A stretch of DNA of 63,424 nucleotides, counting the filler, from Kipferlia bialata (Eukaryota), in NCBI GenBank assembly GCA_003568945.1. It is 4 parts of 4 records of this genome, joined end to end, with 100 filler letters (N's around TTAATTAATTAA, not from the genome) between each part and the next. Parts side by side here need not be neighbours in the genome. Positions count along the whole stretch, not along the records: positions 47,648 to 63,424 come from BDIP01000670.1; 3 more parts are not named here. One strand, 5' to 3'. Positions 51,401 through 63,424 of the stretch are shown here, piece by piece. The notes under the pieces were generated by a model that searched no databases, was not told where the DNA came from, and was given only the letters and a program-made list of their open reading frames with translations. Both the position numbers and the translations under genes were made by a program. The first letter of the stretch is position 1. Each line of letters starts with the position of its first letter.

Positions 51401-53913
51401 CCTCCCCTATGCACACCCTGTCACACAACATGTCACAGGGTCACGGGCATTCGGGTAGTGGCATGTACATGGAAGATGGCATGTCCCCTGCTGTGGTGGG
51501 GCATGGCAACACACCCCTGCAGGGTAGTGGGGTATCCACTGCACTGTCACTGTCACCCACCAGGGGGAGGGGCGGGTCACCCCAGGTGTGTACAGATATA
51601 TATAGTATCACTATGATACTGTCCACTGAGTTGTGTGTACGTACTCTATACCCCTGACCCCTAGACCCGTCTCATGGCATTGGGCCAGGCCCCCCCAGAC
51701 AGAGAGGCAGCATCCTCTAGATTCATAGGCCTGCTCCCAAACAAGGTCAGTGTATTATATTGCTTGACACACTATATATGTCCACATTCTATCTCACTAT
51801 CTCTCTATATCTGCTCCCGAACAAGGTCAGGGTATCCAGAATATCCACATATACCCCCCCTCTTGATGGTATACTCTCAATGGTATGCCTCTCACCCCTC
51901 AGGTCCAGATTGTTGAGAAGGCCGACTCTCTCCTCAGGGGGTACAGGTTTGAGTATGCTGGAGTGCTACCCGCCATGCTCCAACTAGCAAGTAACGAGAT
52001 CAGGTACAAATATCTCAGCGTATTTCCTGAATCACCCTATATGTATAGGCCAGCAACGAGATCAGGTGCGGTGTTACTCATGTATTCGTGTATTCTATGT
52101 CTCACTCCCCCCTCCTCACCCCCCAGGTCCCTTCTCCTCAGACTGACTGACTCGGAGGCACAGGGGGGGGCAGCGGCAGCTAGGTACGAATGCAGTACAT
52201 GTATGAATGCAGTGTTCATTGGTTTTGTATCGCCACCTACTCTCACCCCCCCAGGGCCCATGACCTTGAGGTCCAACTCCATCAGTCCACAGTGTCCCTC
52301 ACACACCTCAAGGTATGCGGTGGAGGGTGGTGTACAGTGGATATGGACTCAGAATCCCCCCCCCCCCTCACCCCCCAGGAGACCCTGACCAACCTGTCCC
52401 ACACAAACAGACAGCTCAGCCAGCAGGTATTGAGATGGTCTTATATACAAGGGATATAAATGTATGTGTGTGTATTGAGACAGCTCCGTCAGCAGGTGGT
52501 GGGGGAGGAATGTACCTATACAGCTACTGATTCACACCCTAACCCCCAGGTTGCCGTTGATGCCGGCCAGAGGCAGAGTGCCGAGGAGAGGGTGACAGAC
52601 CTGGAGAGAGAGAGACAGGACGTCAGGAGGGCAAGGGAGGAGAGAGACAGGGCGGGGAGAGAGCTCAGGCAGCTCAGACAGGTGGGGGAGTGTCATATCT
52701 CTACAGCTATTCATATTTCTATCACCTCACCCCCCAGGCCCACCAGGACCTGACCGAGTCCTATGCGGCCCAGTCCGATGCCATGCAGGGGGTCAAGAGA
52801 CAGAACCTGCAGCTCAAGAGGTACGGATGTTGACTAGTGATTCTTGGTCTTAATCCACTATAGGGCTGACCCCAGGCTCCTCAAGACCAACTCGACTGAC
52901 TCCGACAAGACTGTGCAGTCACTGCAGGGCATGCTCACAGAGGCACAGAGGGTGAGAGACAGATGTGGTACAATGTATATACACTATACTATACTATATA
53001 CCTACAGTGTACAGGGGATGCTCACAGAGGCTCAGAGGGTGAGGAGGGGTACATTCATATGTGTAGAAACATGGACCGCTGGCACTTGGTGCATGTATAC
53101 ATGTATTGCCATCACAAGCACATCATTCTGATGCCCATACTTACCATGTACATGCAATGTACCAATGTATCTCACCCCCAGGCCGTATCCTCCCGGGACA
53201 GACAGGTGTCTGAGCTGCAGGAGAGACTGGCCTACCAGCAGGAGAGGATGGAGCAGAGAGTGGCTCAGGTCAAGGTGGGGAGAGTCGGTGTATTGTGTGT
53301 AGAATATAGTATATACTATATTCTCTATCTGCTTCGTGATACCCGTCCAGCTCATGTCCTCACCTGTCAGGATCTGCAGCGCCAGCTGGATGCCGCCACC
53401 GCTGTCACACCCTCAGACCCATACGGATATCAGGAGAGGGAAGGGGAGAGGGAGAGGGAGAGAGAGAGTTCCTATAGCCATGAGGGGTATGAGCATGGGT
53501 CGTCAGGTGACCAGTGGGCCAGAAGGGCATCCAATGCAAGTCACAGAGAGGGAGAGAGAGAGAGAGAGGTGGAGAGCGAGAGACAGTCCAGGAGGCGCTC
53601 CTCCGTTCACTCCTCCCCCTCCCCCTCCATCCCAAAGTACAGCGTCAATCTAAGTGAGGATAGACCCAGGGAGAACAGACCCTCCGGTCTGCACCAGTCC
53701 CTTGACCACTCGAGACTGGACGGGTCGGTGACTGAGCCTGAGCCTGACTACCAACCCCTCCCCACACCCCACTCATACCCCTCTGACCCCTTATCCAATG
53801 AGGGGGAGAGAGAGACAGGCCCCATCAGTGTAGCTGCCCTCTCTAGCATACCCTTCCAGGGGGAGGGGGAGAGAGAAGGTGTGTCAAGGAGCATCATGAG
53901 TGGAGATAGCTAG
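48459..53913 (+). CDS. RNI-like leucine-rich-repeat protein with C-terminal coiled coil (LRRC45/CEP78-like architecture; start uncertain)
   Basis: LRRs read LTTLCLKGQRIADDGCKSL, IKRLDLSHCLLG, CTELKLSNNPLG, NHTLTGLDMSQNPLGD and NHTLVEMGLEYNRV. Coiled-coil exons follow (ERVTDLERERQDVRRAREERDR). Confidence 0.8.
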
Positions 53914-54779
53914 TTGACTAGTCATCTAGTTATCTAGTTAAGAGGGGGACAGGGGAGAGGGAGAGAATGTGTACGATTTCGTAGTTGACTTCCGATGGTG
54001 TCTGGTACAATAGATACATAGGGGTTTGTGGGTCTAATGAATATCTCTACATGGATATGTGTACTTTAACCAGAAGTTCTCGTTGACTTGTAAGGGACCA
54101 CCAGTAAACAATCAGAGCTCTTGCCAACATGGATAGACTCACTGATAATACCCCATTCAGTATGGTTACTGGTACATGGGCCGTCATGTACGTCCATACC
54201 ATACTAACGAGTCCCTCATACGGGTTCGACTAAGAATACAGACCTGATCCCTACCGTAAGGATTTCCAATAGATAATCCATACATATGCACGATCGTAGA
54301 CATGCTGATCCACCATTGTACTCTTGTGACAGTCACTCGCACAGACACGGATCCCCTCTGATGTCTCTTCTCTCACTTCTGTCATGGTTGGCACAGGAAG
54401 AATGATTGGCCCACTTACCAATGTCATTCAGAGCACCACAGCAGTACCCCCCTCCGTCCTCCGGTAGAGTCGTCAGAACAAAGTGGGTCTACCTATCATC
54501 CTCTGATCAAGAGGTCCCCTGGGTTGCATGTGAATACCACTAGCCTTGGGGCTGGATTGACAGTGTCAACTTGACACGGGCTCCTTCGTCATTCTCTTGG
54601 GTCCTATCCCTGATACTTATACTAATCACCACTGCGGGAAGCTCTAAGTGTGGGTATGGCGGCATGTGTCAGACATAGGGACACCCCGTGTCTGGCATGT
54701 CATTGACATATACACATATACATGTGGTATGTGCATGGTATCTGGTGGTACTGTATCCTAGGTAGACTCGAGTCACTGT

Positions 54780-56449
54780 CTACTGACAGAAGCAATTCCC
54801 GAACTGATCCGTATCATTGAGAGCTAGGGTAAGGTATAGTGTACACTGATTGGTAAAGACTGTGATAGATATGTACATATTGAATTATTATGCAGGAATC
54901 TATGTATCAGCTACCTGGCTCTGTCTCTATGAGCTGTGGTCCAAAGTGCTGTGCCTCGACCACCCCCCCCTCTATGTCCCTACATACCCAGTCACACAGG
55001 GAGTGGAAGGCAGAGGCCACGCTGATGTCCTAGGTGTTACAGGGTAGACAGAGAGAGAGTGATATATGTGTGTATGAGTACACATTGAGGCACTTTGAAG
55101 GCGAAGTGCACACGGGCACCATGCCTCTGACTGGGTATACCAACTACCCTACCTCCAGCGCAGATGTCTCTGTAAAGAGTATGTCACTGGCTTCTGCATA
55201 TGCCGCACCGCTCTCAGTGGATACCTGGGTATAAGGGATAAGAAATACGTAATAACGACAGTTGTTTCCCTTTTTCCACCGTCAATCAGTATATATAGCC
55301 ATATCCCCCACCTCCCTCCCTGCCTCCTTATCCGTGTTCCCACTAGTAGGTATACATTTATATATATATATGTGTGTGTGAATGTAATACCTCCCTTCCT
55401 GCCTCCTTATCCCTCTTGTTACCCACTAGCATGACATAGGGGTGGGGCAGGGGTGAGGTAGCATGATAGGACAGGATGGTGTCCAGCCAGAAGGGCACCC
55501 TATCAAAGCTGGTCTGGCTGCATATGTCATACACTAGCATCTTGCACTGGGCCTGTCTGAACAGACCCTGGGCATGAGAGAGAGGGAGGGAAGTCATATG
55601 TATACATATACATAGTACTACTCCACCCAACCGCTGTCGACAGTATGGCAGTGCCATATGGCACACTATATAGTATGTATCCTCACCTTACTCATGTGCA
55701 GAAACCTCTCGTCCCCTGACAAGTCCCACATCTAGGGGTGAGGGGGTATTGACTGATAGACTGAGGGTGATGTACTATCCATACTATACCACAGCAGGCA
55801 CCTAGCTTCTCTGACACCAAGGGGGGGGGGGGGCGCTGAGAAGATGAGAAAGACATCATTTTACACTGTAAAATTTACAGTCCTACCTCCATTCTGACTG
55901 TTGTGTTACCAACCGACACGTCCTTCTTCCTGTACCCATACCTACATGTGGCCTCAGGGGAAGTGGTGAAACTGGTGTGAGACATATATGGTGAGATGGA
56001 AGGAGGGCAAACACATATATGGGAATGGGGGCAGGTGGGCGATGATGAACGAAGAGAATAGGAGTCGAATATATAATACAAGGGTTACAACTGGTCGACT
56101 CAAATTGGAGGAAGGGATATTCTAATATATATGCTGAGAGAGAGAGAGAGAGAGAGATGGGGGGGAGAGCCATGTTAGAGGATGGAGGGGGGGGGGGAGG
56201 GAGGACACCCACCAGTCATCTGCGAATCTGCGCATGAGGCTAGTCTTGCCTGTCTGGCTGGGACCCACCATCAGACACTTGACGGTATACCTGGGGGGTG
56301 GAAGGATAGAAACAGGTGTGTGATACAGTGACCATGGATTGTAGACAGAGAGAGGGGTATCACACATGAACACACAGAGATGTGGTATTTTAGCAGGATA
56401 TGAGAGTCAGACTGAAAGAGGCGTACAGTTGTGGCCCAGTGTCGTCCAT
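54780..56449 (-). CDS. Divergent Rab-family small GTPase
   Basis: Spliced model MDDTGPQL|YTVKCLMVGPSQTGKTS (G1)...WDLSGDE (G3)...LVGNKRD (G4)...ETSAL (G5)...GNCFCQ* with a di-Cys prenylation motif. Confidence 0.9.
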
Positions 56450-56954
56450 TACGTGTCAATGAAGAGTAAATGTATACACTGATCTGACACTTGCCAACAA
56501 CGGCTGACACCCTTTTTCATCGGTGTGGGAGTCATTCTTTCTGTTCTGGTTGGGTGTGCGTAAGTAACGCAGCGTTACTATTAGTAACGCTGCCTAACGT
56601 TTTAGTAACTTACTAAAACAGGCCAAGTTTCAGACAACACCACAATGACATGCACTTGCAACAGCTGATGGTATCCAGGAGACCAAAAACAGGGTCAAGA
56701 AACGAACATCTTTCACCAGTCATTTACTATATCAGTATGAGTACTGAAACGACCCCTATACCACCCAAACCCTATCCACCCTATCCCCAGAGCACAATGA
56801 CAATCAATGATAGTGTCATGTGCACTAGAGACAGACGGACAGAGGGAGAGAGGATACAGTAGTGTAGTCAGACACTCACCCAATACAAGATTCAACAATC
56901 ACTTCCAAACCAACTCACTCGCACACTGCTACCCCACCATACACACCCGTTCTC

Positions 56955-59900
56955 TCAGTACTGCACTGCGCCTCTGTCCATCCATGCTAATGGGTCAGTC
57001 TGGGCTGATATGAAGGACCGGGCCCAGGCACTCTGCCTGCCCTGGGTGTCCTCGGACTGGGGCCTGGGGGGAGAGAGAGGGGGGGTTACAACAGAAGCAT
57101 GATAGACTGACGATGGAACTACTGACTACTGCCCCATACCTGTGTGTCATGGCACAGTGAGGGGGACGCAGGCCAAACCTCACACAGAACGGCAGACAAG
57201 ACTGAGGGTGAGTATGGTGACACAGGAGTGAGCAAGGCTACCAACAACTAGTGGTAACAACTAGTCACTCCTCACCTTGGGCAGCACCCCCTCCACCTCT
57301 GGATGGACCCCTCTGTCCAGAGTATGTCTGGCCATGTAACAGAAGACCCTGCCCAGCTGCCGCATCTCAGCGGGGGTGCACACAATGTTGCTAAGCGGTG
57401 AGGGGGAACAGGGTGTAGAGTTTGTAGTCAGAATGGGCAACCGTACCACATCTCCTTCCCCTTTGCATGTGTCTTCAGCCTCTGCAGTACTCTAGTCATG
57501 CCCCCCTTTGGCAGTGTGGCGTTGAGGCACATGGTGACATCAAGTACACAGGAGGAGGCAGTGCGGTAACACCCATGGACAATGGTGAAGCCCCGGATGG
57601 CACCTGGGGGTAGTATAGGTTACATATCACATAGCCATATTATATATAGATACTCATCAAATATCACTGTACCGCTGGGGTGTCTGAATGAGAACACCGG
57701 TGTCCCCTTGCTGACATATGAGGCATACAGGGTCTGGACGGTGTCGGCAACCTGGGGGTTAGGGTTCCTTCCCACACTGTATACTATTTGACTACTATAT
57801 ACCCCTCCCCCACCTCCCCCAGTGTCCTCATGGCTGCTGTGTTGTCAGGCATGCCCAGACACTGGACAAGACGGGCCTGGGGGGTGAGGCATAGGGTGGG
57901 TATCTAGTGTACATATGTATACAGTATCCCCACACCCTGCTGTCTATGGGCCCCAGCAGGTGTCTGACCATGGCAGGTGGTCTAGTCCGGATGGTGATGT
58001 CGGACCACCCACCCAGGAAGGACTGGGGTCAGGAAGCATGTGGGAATAGTGGCATGCAATGTATTACTCATCATTCCCCCACTATATACCATACACACAC
58101 TACACCATCCATACCTGAGCCCCGTTGTCCATGGAGAGTGTCTCCATCAGGGCATCCTCAGCCAGAGTGACATGCCCATACCCGATGGGGGCTGGGACTA
58201 GGTATGGGGCACGGCACACACGCACACGCACATAGCGGCTGGTGCGGGCCACCTGTATCCTGGGTGTGAGGAGTGGTGAGGTATTACAGAATAGTCCTTG
58301 AGTGTATATGTGCACATCCCCCCGTACTTGTGCGAGGCCATGTCGACTGGGACTGGCAGGGTGACCACCCCTAGGGGACAGTCTCCATACAGAATACACA
58401 CAGAGTACACATCAGTGTACCCCTGTCCTAGTGACCCCCTGTCCATAGGCACCACCCCTCTCTCTATGTACTCATCGAAGGTGCCTGGCAGGGTGTAGCA
58501 CCCATGCCCTGCCTTGGGGTAGGGGGTGACACGGGGCTTGACACTCTTGTCTGACAGGTAGCTGGGGGGTCAGTCACTGATACACACATGACCTGGCATA
58601 TACGTATGAATCACAGGCTATACCTCTGGGAGAGTACAGTGGGTATGGTGACCTCAATGGTGACCTCAAGACCCCTCTTGGTGTCTCTGTGCCATGACAG
58701 AGACCGTACGCCATACGGTGCAACATCAGTACTGTCAGAATCCGCACTTGGACAGGGCCTGGGTACATCACATGTGTGTACAGTGACGGAGGAAGGGGGG
58801 ACAGACACATGGGGGCCTGGAGGTAAAGAGAGCGGGTGACTGTACACTCATGTTGGATACACTGCAAACTCCATACACACATATATAGTTATATGAATAT
58901 ACACATGTACATAGGTATGTATATACATATGTACACACCATGTACAGGTCCACACACTGGGTCCTCGGCAGGGCGGGACTTCTTGAGCAGCATGGCCTAC
59001 GGGTGAGAGAGTGGATATGCAATTGACATCTAGTCATCCCCTGTACCATACCGTGACTGGGTCCACAGGTACAGGCCCCAACCCATGCACTGTATATGTG
59101 TCAGTGTCAGCTGCACTGAGGGTGGGGTCGGTGGGCTGGACAGGGCCCAGGAGCAGAGACTCGTTGTACCTGGGGGGAGACTACAGTATGTTGTACAGAT
59201 CATCATGAAGCATATCGTCATAGGACTTGAGGGGAGATTGAACACAGTGCATGTAATCATCATAGCAGCATGATATATGGTCCCTACCTGTCCTCCCCCA
59301 CCAGCCTACCCTGCACAGTGGGTGTCATGTGCTGGAACACACTGCGGATGGTCTGGTACTGAGAGTCCCTGTTACGCAGGCGCATCTGCCTGGGGGTAGA
59401 ACAAAGTGTTGGTAGAGAGATAGTATACTCTCTCTATATATACTTATGCATACGTACATCCCGGGTGTGATTCCCTCCCCCCTCCGCAGAGCCTGTAGGG
59501 TGGGCACATATGCACTGGATGTGATGTCTATGCCGTGGCAGACCAGTCTCCTGGGGACCAGACTGACACCACTCAGCAGACAGGGGGAGAGGGTGGGTGT
59601 GTGTGTAGACATGGTGTGCGGGTGGGGGGGTCTGGTCACCCTGACCTTCAGAGTGTACTGGGGGCCACACGTCCTGGTGGTTAGGGTGATGACACACGAA
59701 CAAAAGGTATTCCACGAGATTTCTGAGATACAACAACGAGGCATTGGGTAACACACCTTGTGTCGACCCCCATCTGGGTCAGGGTGGTCAATATGTAGGG
59801 CACGGTCAGGCAGTTGTACTCATTGAGGGAGGAGAAGAGAGGGTCAGAGGCGCCACGGGGGGCCTGGGATTAGGAGAAGAGACAAAGCCTACCATACTAC

Positions 59901-62900
59901 ACTATACTAAGAACTTCATACCATGCGGCACAAACCATCCCACATTCCTCCCAGTGCCTGTACGATCAGGGGCCGGATACAAATACTGAAGATACTTATG
60001 TCTACCCAACTATACTGTATAGTACAGTATTACCTGCCCACCCAGCGCCTGTATGAACTGTGGTATGGGTGACACAGGGTGGGTCAGGTACAGACTGACG
60101 TCCCTGCCCCCTAGATGCACCCTTCCAGAGGATGTACCCACAACCACCCCCGTGCCACAGGGCCTGTCACCCCCAAGGGTGAGGGTGGGTGTTACAAGGG
60201 GTTGGGGGACAGCTATGTAGTGGGGGGCTGGGGGTGAGTGCCAACCAATACTGAGGGTTACTACTATAGTACACATCCCCACCTGTGAGTGCCCCAGGTG
60301 AGCGTGCCCTGAACAGGCCCCTCCTGCACCCCACTGCCACACACGCACAGAAGGCAGAGAGAGACGGTATGGCACGGCTGGGGTGGGGGGGGATACTCAG
60401 CAACCAGAAGGATAGCACATCCAACATCCTTGCATATATGTGCCCTACCCTGTTGTTGTGGACCCTGATGGGTGGCAGTGGTGCAACACACCCAGTAGAC
60501 ACTGGTGCAGATGGGACTCAGGGGACCCAGGGGGGGACTGGGGTGGGGGAGGTAAACGAAAGTGAACTTGCGGATGAACAATGACATGTATGGTGTGTAC
60601 ACCCACCCTATCGACGCTGGGTGCTGGATACGGTGTGGGTGTCCTTGTGAATGACAGAACTGTGTACCCGCTGATGACTGCAGCACCCACAGTGCCCTAG
60701 GGGGTGAGGGTGAGGTAGGGGTGGTATAGTGCATGTACATGCATGAACACTGATAAGATATAGGACAATAGAATACTGCAGCTTTCACAGTGCCCTGGGT
60801 GAGAGGCATGAACAGATAGACTCAGATGTGGAAGACACACAGTGCAGGATCCAAATACTAAGTGGATACACACTATGGCAAAACCCTCTTCCAGGATCTA
60901 CTACCTTAGCCCTTGGGTCCCTGGATAGAGCCGCAGAGGGCAGGAGAGAGAACCCCAGCATCTCACTCCCCCTGTCCCTCTCCTCCTCCTCCCCGGCCAG
61001 TCTGACACCGAACAGGTGGGGCAGGTCACGCACCCTGGGGGTGGGGGGGGGTAAGACAGGGAGTATATCTAAATCTCGCGGACACACTCATACTCAACTG
61101 ACTCCATAGAGAGTGAGTTATAGTGCACCCGTACCTGACCCCCGTGCACTGTGTGACATACTCCTGGACAGAGGCCGTCTCATCCCTGGGGGTTAGAGCC
61201 CTGAGGCAACCTTCATACATACACTGATGATGAAGTGCTCTTTAAGCATGACACATATGTCTACACACCTATGGAAGAACACCGCTGACAGGACCGACAC
61301 CCCAGGTGTTCTGAGGAAGGCAGGGGCCACCACTAGCAGTGGAAGCATACCCACATAGTCACCCAGGTTGGACACAGAGATGTAGTCATACACAAAGGGG
61401 GAGGGGGAGGGGGAGGGGGAGGGGGGGGGCATCCTCAGCCTGGGTCTCTCCCTTGTGGTCTGTAGCTGTGTCTGTGTGTGTGTCTGCATATCCATGCATT
61501 CTAGGACTGAGACACCGCTCCATCAGTATGGGCAGACAGTCCCCACCCAGCAGTGTGACCGTGACCCTCCTGCTAGACATGGCCCTGTCAAAGGCACGCA
61601 TCCACTGGCCAAACACACTCTGGGGGTGAGGGGTTACGATATAGGTGCAATCAACCATTGATATTGATAGATGTACACGGAGAGAGAGACGTCCTACCCA
61701 CCTCACACTCGAGGTCAGATCTGTACCCAGCGGCCTTGGAGCTGATCTCATACCTGGGTCAGGGAGGGAGTGGCGGTGGATACAATTAATGCCATATTAT
61801 GCACACAGTATGTATACACTGACCCCACCCTGTTGTGGGCTGCGTGCCATAGTGTGCTGTCCACTGGGGTATGGCACAGGGGTCGGACAGACACACTCTG
61901 GAGGGTGAGACGGGGAGGGATAGAGGAGACTATATACGAGACAATGAGACCAAGGGGATCTCTTCGCTATACACCCACACCTGTAGTCACATGCCCTGTA
62001 CATTGTCGGGTTGGCCACTGCAGTAGAGGGTGCTGCCCCTGAGTATGACCCATAGACCATGTAGTCAAGCTGTCTGGCAGGTGAGGCACAGGGGGTGGAA
62101 GGACAATAGATATATATATACGAATATGACGGCCCTATATACACTATACCACCCACCTCTCCAGCGTATCCCTCATGAACACTATGGCACCCGTGTGCTC
62201 CATCTTCTGGCGGCACACCTACTGTAAGGGCTATACATATATATATACCTGTGGGTAGCAATGGGTAAACAGTGACACATCATACTCCATACACACTTGC
62301 GTGATACTCCACCTGTCTGGCCTGGACTGTCATGGATTTGACACTCACTACTAATACATGTATATACACATAGACATATAAATATATATACCCCTACCTG
62401 TCTGGCCTGTGCCGTCAGTGCCTTCATACCCTTGGTGGACACTATGGGCACATGCGAAGAGGCACCGGTGTCACTGAGGGGTGAGGGGGATTGAGATAGA
62501 CGAACATAAATGGTCGAACTCAGACCAGTCACTACCCAACACATACAATGAGCACTCACCCCATCCCCCTCCCCATGCATCTGATGTGGAGGTCAAGTCG
62601 GTTCCTTGCACAACGCTGGGAATCAGGCTATAGCCGTAATTTAAGACAAGTATCAATACAAATACATATACAAGCCAACCTGCATGAATGGTACTGGTTC
62701 GCAATCTGCCCAGAGGGATAGCACGGGGAGGAGCTGGGTGCAGGTGCCCCTGGAAGTCAGGGTATGCAGTACTATGCACAGACACACATTATTGGACCCC
62801 ACCACCAGTATCTGTCTAGTCTGTAGCGTCGATTACCACAAAATTGTGTGCAAATATTTCAATACAATAAATACTACCACCCTACCTGTCCAGTCTGTAG

Positions 62901-63424
62901 CAGGGTAGAGATGCTAAAGGTATGGGTGCCGTGAGGGATGGACACCCCTCTGCCCCAGAGGGAACAGGAAGAGAGAGGATGGCAGAGAGGTCATCAGCCA
63001 GGGCACGGCAGGTGACCCTCAGCCTAGCCAGGTCATCTTGGCCGATGTATGCATTGTAGTGCACACGCCACAGGTAGGAGGCAGCCTGGGGGGATCAGCA
63101 TTGGGGTACATATATACATACAATGCGTATACTAATATACACCCATATACACCACTACCCACCTTCTGGTATGTCTTCCTGCCCCCACTGGATACACCCC
63201 ATGTCTGGAGGGTGTGGGCAATGATCAGAGAGCGGCACAGGACCTAGGTGTCAGAAAACATAAACACTATGATGTGAGTGTACTAGCAGAGCATACATTA
63301 TACCTCTGGCTGCATGTCGTTGAGTGTGAATGCATGTCTGCCTGGGTTGTGGGTATCCACAAGGGTGTGGTACCTGACAGTCAGGGGGGGGGGGGGGGGG
63401 GGGGGGGGAGAGAGGGAGAAAATG
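56955..63424 (-). CDS. Large intron-rich hypothetical protein (5' truncated), possible beta-propeller segment
   Basis: Numerous minus-strand exons bounded by ccccag/gt, including a GVVVGTSSGRVHL WD-like strand motif. The in-frame terminal exons end ...DRGAVQY* at 56955. Confidence 0.55.

Noticed and set aside
53914..54779. Intergenic stretch examined for tRNA/snRNA (also 37270-38280)
   Set aside because: No cloverleaf or recognisable snRNA motif by eye; a covariance-model search would be needed.

Overview
Eukaryotic, intron-rich protist DNA with GT-AG introns of mostly ~70-130 nt, C-rich acceptors such as CTCACCCCCAG and TA/CT microsatellites. The style resembles the fornicate Kipferlia, but that is inference only. 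The window is four unrelated ~15.8-kb contigs joined by artificial N-TTAATTAATTAA-N linkers, so most six-frame ORFs are noise and gene models were spliced by hand. Recognisable genes are an arrestin-C + PH protein, a kelch-like propeller, a head-to-head pair of type II membrane coiled-coil/discoidin (F5/8C) proteins, two paralogs of a Cys-rich multi-TM family with different intron sets, an RNI-type LRR + coiled-coil protein and a divergent Rab. There are also several hypothetical genes, one with a 3.4-kb exon. The main unexplained signal is that more than 20 introns carry 20-60-nt 'echoes' of the neighbouring exon end together with its splice site. Echoes are stacked at ~100-nt intervals and differ from the functional exon mostly at synonymous positions. 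They look like stranded pieces of alternative alleles or alternative exons rather than neutrally decaying duplicates.
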